Positions 42,992 to 59,618 of a stretch of 64,000 bases of DNA are shown here, one piece after another (position 1 is the stretch's first letter; every line of letters starts with the position of its first letter). The DNA lies in NCBI RefSeq assembly GCF_009914755.1, contig NC_060934.1. One strand, written 5' to 3'. The notes below the pieces were generated by a model. It was not told the origin of the DNA. It ran no database searches and worked only from the letters and a program-made list of their open reading frames with translations. Source of the stretch: the human T2T-CHM13v2.0 reference genome, Homo sapiens. Made by a program: the position numbers and the translations under genes.

Positions 42992-44124
42992 TATCCCTTA
43001 CCTCATTTGTTCTCACAGCCACCCTATGACACCAGACACCTCATTTTGCCAGATGTGAGACAGACATTCACAGGTGGTAAGTGACTTGCCCCAATTCACA
43101 CCTGGATTAAATGGTAATCCAGCATGCAAAGCCCACAGTCTTTCCATGGCCTAGGAAGTTAGCAGGGACGTTGGACTGTGGAGTTACCAACCCAGACACC
43201 CAGAGTGTGCCAGGCCTGGTGCTGAGGTCCAGGGCAGAGGGTATTGTGGAGCAGGGTACAGGCTCACAGCGGGAGCTCTCACAGCTATGACCCGTCTGAA
43301 TGTGCCTGTGGGTTCAGCCAAAGCCCATGGGTGTGGGCAGCCTGGAATCTGAGGCCGGTCAGCTGTGGTCCCTGTCTCCTGGCAGAAGATGTGCTTGGTT
43401 CGGGGTTGGCTTGCCCTGGTTTGGCCTGGGAAGATCCCCAGAGACAAGCTTCCCACAGCGGTCAGCTCCAAGTCGGCTGACCAGAAAGCACTACAGCCCA
43501 CAGAGTGTCCCTGGAGACCAGCAGCAGAGCAGCTGCCTTCCCCAGTTCTCTGTTTTCTGCCTGCCCTGCCTGTGTTACTATCTCAGCCTGACCTGATAGT
43601 GACAGGGACTTGATCCTGCCTAGGGACTGTACATTTTCTCCCATGGAGTGAGAGAGGCAGTGCCAGCTCCCAGCCACCACCATTGCCCTAGGACAAAGTG
43701 CCACTCTTGCTTGATGGGAAGCCAGGCTTAGTGGACTGCCCTGCTACTGATGGTCTTGCTGCAAGCAGGGCGGCCACTCTTGACTCCCTCCATTGTGCTA
43801 GGGTCTTACCATCCTCTGGGGCCTTCACATCAAAGTTCACCTCAGAACCTGTGAAGAGAGAATGGATTTATTTTGCAAGATGAGGTTACACCCAAGGGAG
43901 GACTTAGTGACCACTGGGTCATTATTGTGTTCATCATTAAAAGTTCCGATTAATTGCACAGTGTGGGCTTAGTTTTTTTTTCAGAGTTGATCATTGTCCC
44001 TGGGGAAATTTGTAGTCTGAGACGGATAGGCTTGTTCAAAATGCAAGTGGTAGAAAAGACATTTGCAAACATCAGGCAGAATCCAGAACTCAACAGATGG
44101 AAAGAATGTGAACTTAAGGAAAAA

Positions 44125-46636
<2,512 letters not shown>

Positions 46637-48747
46637 GGCTGTAAACTCCTTGGTCAATTGTGAGAACTTGTTCTCCAGCGCCCCCTATGGGGGATCACAG
46701 ACTCTGTTGCCTCCATGTTGAAGGACAGGATAGCCAGGGACCTGGAACAAGAGCCCTGGCAAAGTAGCTTGAGCAAAAGGGAAGATTTGCCAGATAGATG
46801 CAGAAATATCTGATGGTACCTGAGGGCAGCCAGGGCAGGACTTTCAAGGCAGTGAAGACACAAAGGGGGAAGCTGGCCGGAGCCCAGGCAGCCCCTCTCC
46901 CAGCCTCCTTCCTTTCTCTGCCCCAACCTCCTCAGGCTCCAGGGACTTCTGTTTTTCTCTGTTATGTAAGAATCCTCATGACCAGTCTGAAGGTTCTGTC
47001 TGCTTATCGGTGGCTCACCAGTGGAGCCCTGGAAACACCCGACCCTGGCACTCTATGTTCCAGCTCTAGGAGATAGTGGACCTGCCTGGCTTCTGGATTA
47101 ATTCTCCGTGGTCAAACGTCCACTCAAAGTCCGATCAGCTGGACCTCAGAAGAGGCTGGAAATGGGCTGCTCCTCTTGGATCCTAAGGATGGTTTGTGTC
47201 ACTAAGCAGGAGACAGACAGGGCTGAAGAACACAGAAACCAGGAACTCAAATATGCTGTGTCTCTTCTCTCTGTTTCCCTCCCTCTCAGCTCTCTCCCTG
47301 CACTGCACACTGGCAGCAGCTCCAGACCTGCACACCCTGGAGAAGGAAGGATTGGGATTCTTCCACTTCCAACCCAGTGAATCTGAGGGAAGAACTCTGC
47401 CTAATCCAGCTTGTCCTGAGGTCAAAGAAGCCCCAGAGGAAGGGTGATAATACTGCTAGGGCCCCCTCTATAGGCGTGTGCATGGGGTGGAACAGTTCCC
47501 AAGAAGGGGAGGGGAAGGCACAACTACAGTCATCTACTACAAGATCTATAAAAGCTGGGGAGAGGGGTTGAGGAGAGCATAGGACCACCAGCCTGTCTGA
47601 TCAACATGTGAGGCCTTCTTGGAGGAAGGCAGGATTTCCAGAGTGTTTCCATGGTAGGAACGTTACTATTTGCCATCAAATTGCAGGATTGCTAGAACAT
47701 GGGATTTGAAACCCCCTCAATGGATTCTGAAAATCAGGGAAGGTGAAGGGAAGACCTCATCAATAAGATACCGTAATACACAAGCCTGTTAGGAAGCTAC
47801 CATGTGCTCGGTACTTCCCATTCCCCGAGCACCTCCTCAAATGAGTTCCTTTCACTGTTTTTCAGATAAGGGAAACTGAGGCTCTGAAAGGCATACTTAT
47901 CTGAGCAGAGCAGGATCCCTGGAGGGCTCAGACTCCAGCCCAGACCCCTTCTATCATGGTGTACTGCCCCACCCTTTGCAGACCTCTTAGGTGGTGGGGG
48001 ATCAGGCCTGGGACTAGATGAGGGGGACTGGATGTGTGTGGCCAGATGGGAGCAGCCTAGACCTCAGGAACTAAAGCTGCAGGGCACGTGGCCTTCCCTA
48101 GGCACTGCAGAGCTCTGTGGGAACTGATGAGGTGGGAGGAGGCAGTGTTTCTATGTGTGGGAGATCATATCCTTCCAATAAACACATGCGTGAGGGGCCT
48201 GGGGCTCCTCCCTGTGACTGAGGCCATTTGTTTCTAAGCAGTAAACTGTGACTGACCTGGAGACCAACCAATGCTTCCAGGGAAGATGCTCATCGGATGC
48301 CCTCCAGCTTCAAGATGGCTTCCTCAAGGGCCTCCCCAGCTCCCCACTCCAGATGTTGGGGCCCTTCTGTGACCACCATCTTTGAGGTGACAGGCCTGTG
48401 AGTGGTCAGTTTGTTCCAGAGAAGTCTTTGGGAAATGCAATCACTGTTTACACATTCCTGTTGGACTCAGATTTAGGACAGATGAAGCAGATGTGTCCTG
48501 GATATCCCAGAGGGGAGGGCTGGGCCCATGGGAGAAGACACAGGAAGGAATGTTCCGACTCAATATGAAGAGAGACTTCCAGGGGTTATAGACGTCTCTA
48601 GAATGAATGTGGGTTACTCTGGAGGAGTGAGCTCCCCTTGGTCTGAGGTATACAAGCTGAGACTGAATGTCACCGTGGAAGACAGATGAGGAAGGAATCA
48701 CAGCAACACAAGTGAATTAAACTATGAGACTTTCAAAGTCCTCTCCC

Positions 48748-49055
48748 AGGCAGGGCCCAGTGGCTCACACCTATAATCCCAGCACTTTGGGAGGCAAAGG
48801 CCAGAGGATCGCTTGAGCTCAGGAGTTCGATACCAGCTGGGCAGCATAGAAAGTTTTGAAATGTTCTACAAAATAATTAAAAATTAGCCGGGTGTGGTGG
48901 TGTGTGTCTGTAGTCCCAGCTACTCAGGAGGCTGAGGTAGGAGGATCTCTTGAGCGAGGGAAGTTGAAGCTGCTGTGAGCTATGATCATGTCACTGCACA
49001 CCAGCCTGGGCAACAGAGCAAGACCCTATCTCCAAAAAATAAAATAAAAAGAAAA
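48748..49055 (+). mobile_element. AluJ element
   Basis: TSD AAGTCCTCT(C/T)CCAG. Confidence 0.9.
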
Positions 49056-49579
49056 TGAAGTCCTCTTCCAGCCCTGATTTTTCAGGTTTCTATACTCTTC
49101 CTCTTGCAAGCTTTATTTCCACTCCACTATCACCTTTTGGTTTAGGGAAACAAATTATGTGATGAACATGGCTTCTGGCTTCTCAGTGTCCTTCCTACCC
49201 TCCCAATGTTCAGGAACTGCTGCCATGCAGTTCTAGGTGGGGAGGGGTGGGGGGCTTGTCCCGCCCCCAGCACTAGAGGAGGCCCTAGTTTGCCTCAGTC
49301 AGTCAGCATAGCCACATCTCTTGCCACAGTGGCTGCTGGGTGGGCAGTACCTGAAGACCAAGGCAGTCCAGAGAGAGTATTCGCTGGGACACAGGTTTTG
49401 GCTCCGGTGGAGGCATGGAGCTCAGCAGGGTGAAGCAGAGCAAGGCCCAGGACTTGTGTGTGATGATGGTGGGAGGGAGTGTCCCCTGTCTTTGGCCTGA
49501 CGGAGGAAGCACATGCCCTGGTGCGACAGATGCGCTCGTGCCCTTGCTCATATTCTCCTATCTCGTATTACCAGCTTTT

Positions 49580-50186
49580 GCTTTTTATTTTATTTTATTT
49601 TATTTTGAGACGGAGTCTTGCTCTGTCGCCCAGGCTGGAGTGCAGTGGCGCGATCTCAGCTCACTGCAGGCTCTGCTCCCCGGGTTCACGCCATTCTCCT
49701 GCCTCAGCCTCCCCGAGTATCTGGGACTACAGGTGCCCGCCACCACGCCCGGCTAATTTTTTATATTTTTAGTAGAGACGGGGTTTCACCGTGTTAGCCA
49801 GGATGGTCTCGATCTCCTGACCTCGTGATCTGCCTGCCTTGGCCTCCCAAAGTGCTGGGATTACAGGCGTGAGCCACCGCGCCCGGCCTTTTTTTTTTCT
49901 TTTTTGAGACAGGGCCTCTATCACCCAGGCTGGAGTGCAGTGGTGTGATGATGGCTCACTGCAGCCTTGACCTCCCAGGCTCAGGTCATCCTCTCACCTC
50001 AGCCTCTTGAGTAGCTGACTACAGGTGTGCACCACCACGCCTGGCTAATTTTTGTATTTTTTTTGTGGAGATGGGATTTTGCCATGTTGCCCAGGCTGAT
50101 CTCGAACTCCTAAGCTCAAGTGACCCTCCCACCTCAGCTTCCCAAAGTGCTGGGACTACAAGGATGAGCCAAGGCACCTGGCCTGG
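49580..50186 (-). mobile_element. Tandem Alus: AluY (49580-49888) and AluJ (49889-50186)
   Basis: AluY motifs GGGTTCACGCCATTCTCC and GTGTTAGCCAGGATGGTCTCGATC. GCTTTTGCTTTT flanks the pair. Confidence 0.92.
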
Positions 50187-50856
50187 CTTTTGCTTTTTTT
50201 TCCCACTGGCTGCTGGAGCCCACTCCACCTGCTCCAAGGCAGGCCCAAAGTGCCATGCATACTTAGTGGGACAGCTCTGACACATGGTTTTATGTTGGTC
50301 CCTGAAATTCCTCAGTAAGATTGTACTCTAGTTTTCCAGAGGTAATTTTCCAGATAGCCCTTTATGGGCTGTTTTCCTTCCCTGTATCAGTTTCTCATGT
50401 TCCTACTGGTGTTTCTGAATAACTGGTGTTTATTTGGAATTAGTTTCCAAATAAACTCCTTATCCTCATATCCTTGTCTCAGGATCTGGGGAGACTCTAA
50501 TGTGAGACACATGAACTGGTGCTGATGGCTGCCCTAAGCTGTAATAGGAGCGAGCCTTAGGATGGGATCAGGACCACGGAAGAAGGCAGAGCTGAAAGAA
50601 CATGAAAAGTGGCTCCTTGGGACATCGAGAAACCCTTGGGCCCACCCTTCCTTGAAGTCTGCCTGTGCTCCAGCTGTTACATTATTGTGAACAATGAATT
50701 TCCTTTCTAGTTAAGCCAGCTTGAGTTGCATTGAGTTTTCTATTACTTGGAAACAAAAGCATTGTAAGCGATATAATTCATAACACGGAGTGGCCTAACC
50801 ATAACCTTGCAGCCTGGTGTAGTGAACAGTAAATGTTTGATGATAAGACAAGGAGA

Positions 50857-51160
50857 GGCCAGGCATGGTGGCTCACACCTGTAATCCCAGCACTTTGAGA
50901 GGCCGAGATGGGAGGATTGCTTGAGTACAAGTGTCTGAGACCAGCCTGGGCAACATGGCGAAACCCCATGTCTATAAAACATGCAAAAATTAGCTGGGCA
51001 TGGTGGCGCATGCCTGTAGTCCCAGCTACTAGGGAGGCTGAGGTGGGAGGAGCAATTGAGCCTGGGAGGTCAAGGCTGCAACGAGCTGTGATTGTACCAT
51101 TGCACTCCAGCCTGGGCAACAGAGTGAGACCCTATCTCAAGAAAAGAAAAAAAAAAAACA
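50857..51160 (+). mobile_element. AluJ element
   Basis: Full Alu with A-tail. Confidence 0.9.
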
Positions 51161-51438
51161 AGGGAGAAGGAGTGACAGCTGGCTGAAGAAGGCACAGTCA
51201 GGCAGGAGGGACACAGTTCAACTCTCAGTTCTGCCACTTAGCAGTTAAGTGATTTGACACATTACTTCTGTCTTATTTATAAAACAGGAGCAATGTTTCC
51301 AGTCTTTCAGGGTTATTGTGAAGATTTTGAAAATCACTTTTGAAAAGTAGCTAGCACGTAGCAAGTGTTCAATAAATGGTAGCTCTTCTTGATAATAGAA
51401 AAAGGAAAAGAAGGAGGAAAGAGGGAAAGGAGCAGTAA

Positions 51439-51760
<322 letters not shown>

Positions 51761-51869
51761 CTTGACAATCTATTTAGCTAACAGAAGTTTAGAGTTGGGG
51801 AGGGGAGTGGTCGGGTCTGACTGGAAGGAGGGTCTGTCTTGGGATGTGAGGGAGGTAGGGTTAGTGGCT

Positions 51870-52100
51870 AACATCTACTGAGCACTTTTCAAGCACCAGG
51901 CACTGTTCTGAGTCTTTTCCACTTATAATTCTTTTAGTCTTCCTAAAGACTCTTTGAGGCACATACTACTATTACCAATCATTTATCCCTTTACACAGAA
52001 GGAAACTGAGGCACAGACAGGTTAAGTAACTTGCCCAAGATCTCACAGAAAGTATATGGCAGAGTCAGATGAGAACCAGGTGGTCCAGCTGCAGATCCCA
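51870..52100 (-). mobile_element. MIR SINE
   Basis: GGAAACTGAGGCACAGACAGGTTAAGTAACTTGCCCAAG. Confidence 0.85.
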
Positions 52101-53033
52101 CACTCCTGACAGCTGCTGACTCTTTGGAGCCTGAGACAAGGTTAATGTCACAGATGCTGGATGACGTGAATTATAGGACAAGACATTTGGATTCTGTCCT
52201 GTAGGTGGTAAAAGTTTACTGGTGCAGGTCTGGGGACAGTGAGAACATTGCATAATCCCCGGGTAATCGGTTACATAACTATGGAGTCATCCTTGGAACC
52301 AGGTTTTTACCCCATTGTTCCCATGGGAACAAATCCTCCAATGTATTTTTCAAAGAGGAAACCAGAGAGTTGCGAGGCTGCTGTTGACCCCTGGGAGAGA
52401 AGAGCCAACAATGTAGGAGGAAGATCGAAGGTTGAAATAAACACTAAGAGAAACTTCCGAGGGGCTGTAAGACCCTAAACCGTGCTCTGGTGAGGCACTG
52501 GGAATCATCCTTCCCCAAAGAAGGGATTTTCACTCATCTGAAGGTGGTTTAGGGGCTGACAAAATACCACGAGGCCCTTCAAAAATGAACTGCAGAAAAG
52601 GGGAAGAAATTACAGCTCTTCCAATTTCAAGTCACACAGCCTTCTTGTCTACCCCCCAAAACCTAAAAAAATTGCAGCAAAGATAGTTATTTTTTTTATT
52701 TTCTACAATCTCTTGAGTTATTCATAGGGGAGACATACAGAGACAGACTTTTACAATATAAGGAAGCAAGTATTACAACAGACACCACCACTGGGTCCTG
52801 CTGCTACAAGAGCCCACAGGAAGGATGTCAAGGTCTCAGTGGGCCGTCAGGGTCAGGCAAAGCCTTGCAAAGAGACACTCAACTATGTGTGGAGGTGAAC
52901 CTAGCAAAGAAGAGAGGCAGGACATTCCAGACTAAAGCATGGAACAACTAGGGAACTACAAGCAGTGCCACCAGACCGGGGCAGGGAATGCAGCAGAGGC
53001 CAGCTCCAAGGTCCAGATCATGAAGTAGTTTTA

Positions 53034-53411
<378 letters not shown>

Positions 53412-53492
53412 TTAAATAGAAAAAATATCCAGCTAGTAGAAGGTATTGGGGCATGTCTTATTTTAAGAAGAAGTCATAAATGAATAAATTTA

Positions 53493-53860
<368 letters not shown>

Positions 53861-56320
53861 TAGAGTTCAGTTTATGAAAAAGAAATAACTCTTTTCTTGG
53901 CAATTTTAAATTATACTGTAGTATCATAAAGGTATGAATTTTCAAGTCTGAACTTAATTCCTTCATACATTTCATAAACTAAACCTCTTAACACATTTTC
54001 AAAAGCAGATATAATTTTGAGGTTTCCTTTATAATAATCATGATTTTATTTTGACGCTAGCTCCTGATGTGCTGTAACAACCAAATAAAGAGATCACAAA
54101 GCACTATCACTTTTACTGCTGTTACCATAGCAATGAGACATAGAGGTTCAATCTTCATAGCATGGCCTTCGAAACTACAGCAGATATTGAAAAGCTACCA
54201 TATAAATACATAGCAGTTTTCAGAAATAAAAAGATCCATAAGCCAGCCAGAAACTTTGAGGACTTTTTCAGAAGCCCCAATCAGAAGGGGTGTGATCTGA
54301 AGAGGGAAGGAGTGTCACAGGAGGCAGGTGGTACAGCCAGGGCAAGCCATCTCCACTCAGCTAAAGTTCAGGCAGGGCACTCGGCTGCAGGTAGCACCTA
54401 GAGTGTCCTTAGGATACAGGCTGTAAGCGAGGGCGCTGAGCGGATGAAACTACCCAGGGAGAAGGTGCCTAGGAGAGTGAACAGAGAGAAAAGTTAAAGG
54501 CCGAGGCTGTGAGGGGTGGGCAGAGGGAGAGGATTCCATTTAATGATGAGTCATTTCTTTATGGACTCTATCTAACCCTAATCTTTATCACCTCTGTTGT
54601 TTCCTCCAGAAGGTCTGCTGCGAGGCACTATTTGTTAGGAAATGAGGGTGGAGGTGACAAGCAGGGACTGGAGAAGTATTTAGTTTCAAGTGTATTCTTG
54701 GGGTTCCTGCCAACTTTGCCCCTTTTCCGTGTCCCCCCATCAGTGTCTTTTCTCCAGGCTGAGCCATATCCAGACACCACCATACTCTGGGGCCTCCATT
54801 TCAGAATGTTGAGCCAATTCCTCTCCCTTCTCAATAGGTTAGGGCCTTCAAAGCCCTAAGGGGAGAGGGTTGGAACCTAGCTTTACTGGGACAGGTGCAG
54901 GGAGAGAGATTTGGAGTCACAGTTGCCGTGACTTTACTGATGCGGGCTCTACCAACCTCAACCTGAGGGAGCTCAAGTCTGAACCTCTATGAAAGGAAAG
55001 GCGGATACCTCCAGTTGAAATTGGTGGATTGAGCACTGGCATTAGCTTTTTACTCCATCCCACTAAAATGACAGAAAAAGGGACAAGAAAAGGTATAAAC
55101 CCACACAACAGTGAGACTAGAAAAGGGAGTTATGCAACATAATTTTTCAGCCTAGAACGATGACAAAAGAGTGTAACTGACTCAGTAGACCAAAGAAAGC
55201 TGAATCATAATTGGGCAGGTGAAAAGCCATGCAGCAAGTTCATTTATATTGCAGAACCTCCAAAAAGCTCGGGAACAGGCAGTATCCCTTTCCTCTGGAA
55301 GTGGGCTGAAGATGGTGGATCCAAAAAAAATAAAATCATTGGTCAAAAGTCTGTTTTATTACCCAACTGATTTGCAAACATATGCCCTCACAAAAACCTG
55401 CATGCAAATGTTTACAGCTGCTTTATTCCTAATCACTCCAAACTAGATGCATCCAAGATGTCCTTGAATAGGTAAATGGATAAACTGTGGCATACTCATA
55501 CAATCAAATATTATTCATTGTCAAAAATAAATGAGCTATCAAGTTTGAACACACATGAGTGAATCTTAAATGTATATTGCTAAGTGAAAGAACCAATTTT
55601 GAAAAGACTGTACACTATTTGATCCCAAATGTAGGATATTCTAGAAAAGATGAAACTATAGAGAAAGTAAAAAGATCAGTGATTGTCAGTGAGTGGGGAA
55701 GGGTTGAGTAAAGCACAGGGTATTTTTAGGGCTGTGAAACTATTTTGTATGATACTGTAATGGTGCAGTTGTCAAAATCTATAAGACTTTACAGCACAAA
55801 GAATGAACCTCAATTTATGCAAAATTGAAAAAAATTATTTAGGAGGTCAGCAGATCCCAGAGTGGAATGAAGAATGTGACAAAACAATTTAACTGTGTTA
55901 CAAATGCAGGAACCAAGCTGACTGAAGGTGATGAGGGGAAAAGGTGCTGACCCAAGTAATTTTGGAAATGAGTGGAATCTGTACACTAAAGGAAAAAAAC
56001 TGAACATAATTACTGTACTGTAGTTATAATCTAGTTATTTCCCATGGAACACAGGCTAACAATTTTGATACTGCTCTGTATGTATACCAGAACTGAACAA
56101 TTAGGCAAGTGGCTGGAGCCTGGTTTCTCACTGTTGGAGTGGGAGGTTACAGATCAGCAAGGGGAAGAGGCTAGAATGATCCATTTATTAATGGTTTAGA
56201 GTGGGAGTGAACCATACGAACTCATGCTTAGCTTAATACAGATACCATGTCAATGGTTACATATAGAAACTTTTATGTTTTTATGACCTTGTAGTACCAG
56301 AAAGTAAATAAGTGCTCAGT

Positions 56321-56338
56321 TAAACAACAACAACAACA

Positions 56339-56389
<51 letters not shown>
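56321..56389. repeat. (CAA)n-(CATA)n-(CA)n compound microsatellite
   Basis: Seen directly. Confidence 0.9.
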
Positions 56390-56391
<2 letters not shown>

Positions 56392-58063
56392 GCACCCACA
56401 ATAATGGGTATGTGTCAAACTGCCATACTGAAAGAACTCCTAATAGCCAAAGCTGGAACAATTTGAGCAAGTAAATAAAGTAGTATTGGATTATAACCCA
56501 AAGTACAAAATAAATACCTGTGAGCTCATACTGATATAAATAATGATTTAATAAATAAACAGGGGAGAAAAGTCAAATCTCCTGTTCAGAAAAATCTCAA
56601 ATAATTTGTGGAAATACTCTTCCCTCAAGGATGTAGAACATAGCTCCCCAGTCCTTAAACGTGAGCTGCGCATAGTGACTTCCTTGTGATGAATACAGTG
56701 TGGAAAGCGGTGGAGTGTGGGGTAGAAAGAATGACTTTACAGAGGATAAACCTGACAAACACGATCTCGGCCAGTTGAGCAAAGTTGCACATCAGTGATA
56801 CGTCATGTTGATAGTATGTAAGCTTGATATAATGCATCTCTATGGTCTTTCTCTCAAGAACACACAAGCCTGGTCTAACCGCAAGAAATACATCAGACAA
56901 ATCCCAATTGAAGGACATTCTACAAAATACCTAACCAACACTCCTTAAAATAGTCAAAGTCATCAAAAGCAAGGAAGGTGTGGGAAACTGTCACAGCCAA
57001 GAGGAGGCTAAGGAGACATGACTGCTAAATAAAAAGTTTATTTTCAAAAAATCAATAGAAACAACAAATACTAAATAATGCTAGCTAAAACCCAGAATGC
57101 CCTGAACAATCTACTTCACTAAAATATATAGAAGTGTTTTCTGGGCCAGGGGCAGTGGCTCATGCCTGTAATCCCAGCACTTTGGGAGGCCAAGGCAGGT
57201 GGATCACAAGTTCAGGAGTTCAAGACCAGCCTGGCCAACATGGTGAAACCCCGTCTTTACTAAAAATGCAAAAATTAGCTGGGCATGGTGGTGGGTGCCT
57301 GTAGTCCCAGCTACTCAGGAGGCTGAGACAGGAGAATCACTTGAACCTAGGAGGCAGAGGTTGCAGTGAGCCAAGTTCATGCCACTCCACTGCAGCCTGG
57401 GCAACAGAGCGAGACTCCATCTCAAAAAAAAAAAAAAATTCCTGGTACGAGTGTTGTGCTCAAATTTATTCCTTGTAAATACAGATTGAGGGTAATAAAC
57501 CTAGATCTCTGGATGAATAGATGACCAGAAAGAATAAATTTTAGTAAATTTTATCTTAGGATGACATAAAAATAATTCCATTATATTTTTTGAAAATAGA
57601 TTATTAGAAATTAGAGTAAGTACATATGTATATAGTATCCCTACTTCTAATTTTAAAACTTAAGTCCACAAATAAACTGAAAAGACATTAGATGTCATTC
57701 TTGTAGAATATTAAAACACCGAGGGAAGGTGAAAATTCCCCCTTGGAATAAACTTAATATATTATGTCCCCAAAAGTCTAAAAAATCTAAGAAGTAGGTA
57801 AACCCCAGATCTGTTCACCTCACCACACAGATGAGGAACAATCTGCACTCCACCTCAGCCAAATCTAGAGGCTCATTATCTAGAAAGGATAACATTGGAG
57901 TGCACAGACAGAAAGACACCAAGCATTGAGGGGTGTGGAGTATTAAAAATACGTATTAAAAAGAAGTTTACAGCCAGGCGAGGTGACTCATGCCTGTAAT
58001 CCCAGTACTTTGGGAGGCCGAGGCAGGCGGATTACCTGAGGTCAGGAGTTTGAGGTCAGTCTA

Positions 58064-58282
<219 letters not shown>

Positions 58283-59557
58283 TTACTACTACAGCCGTTA
58301 TGGGCAATGGCTTACTACTACAGCCATTATGGGCAACAGTTATGGAGGTTCCTCAGAAAATTACCAGCAGAGCTACCATGTGATCCAGCAATCTCATTTC
58401 CCGGGATATATGCAAAAGAAATGAAATCATATGTCAAAGAGATTTCTGAACTCCCAAGATCACTGCAGCATTATTTACAATAGCAAAGATATGGAAGCAA
58501 TCTAAGCATCCATCAACAGATGAATGGATTAAAAAATGTGGTACATATACACAATGGAGTACTATTCAGCCATAAAAAAGAAGGAAATCCTGCTATTTGC
58601 AACAACATGGATGGACCTGGAGGGCATTACGTTAGGTGGTGTAAGCCCAGCACAGAAAGGCAAATACCACATAATCTCACTTGCATGTGGAATCTAAAAA
58701 AGTAGCACTCATAAAAGCAGGGTAGAATGGTGGTTACCAGGGACTGGGGGTTGGCAGGATTAAGTTGTTGGTCATAGAATACAAAATTTGAGTTAGGAAG
58801 AGTGTGTTCAAGAGATCTATTGTATAACATGATGACTATGGTTAATAACAATGTGTGGTATACTTGAAAATTTTTAAGGTACTAGATTTCAAATGTTCTC
58901 ACCACAAAAAAATGATAAGTATGGTAGGTAATACCTCTGTTAATTAGCTTGTTTTAGCCATTTTGCAATGTATGCATAATCAAAACATCACGTTGTATGC
59001 CATAAATATATACAGTTTTGTCAATTAAAAAGTAATAAAAATTTTAAAATAATGGGGGCAGGTACAGTGGCTCATGCCTGCCCAGCATTTGGGGAGACTA
59101 AGGTGGAAGGATTGCTTGAGGCCAGGAGTTTTTGACTGGCCTAGACAGCGTAGTGAGACTCTGTCTCTACAGAAAAAAAAAAGAATTTTTTTTAAATTAG
59201 CTGGGCATGGCGGCATGCACCTGTAGTATCAGCTACTCAGAAGGCTGATGCAGGAGGATTGCTTGTGTCCAGGAGTTTGGAGGCTGAAGTGAGCTGTGAT
59301 CATGCTACTGCACTCCAGCTTAGGCAACAGAGCAAGACCTGGTCTCTAAAAAATTTTTTAAAATAAAAATAAATAGATGTTTACTTACTAGATGTTGAGA
59401 CCTCCAGTCTTGTTTCCCCACTCAAATCCCAAACTATGAGCAGCCAGGCTTATAAGGTCTGGGCAAGGACTATACAGGCAGCCTCCCTAACAAAATGCTC
59501 AGCCTGATTACCCTAGAGAGGAGCCCTCAGTCACCAAGCACCCCCAACCCAAAACGC

Positions 59558-59568
59558 ATGTGTGCGCG

Positions 59569-59613
<45 letters not shown>
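59558..59613. repeat. (TG)(CG)(CA)n alternating purine-pyrimidine tract
   Basis: Seen directly. Confidence 0.9.

Positions 59614-59618
<5 letters not shown>

Noticed and set aside
47547-47554. Perfect TATAAAAG box
   Set aside because: No CpG island, exon or credible ORF downstream. A match is expected by chance in 64 kb.
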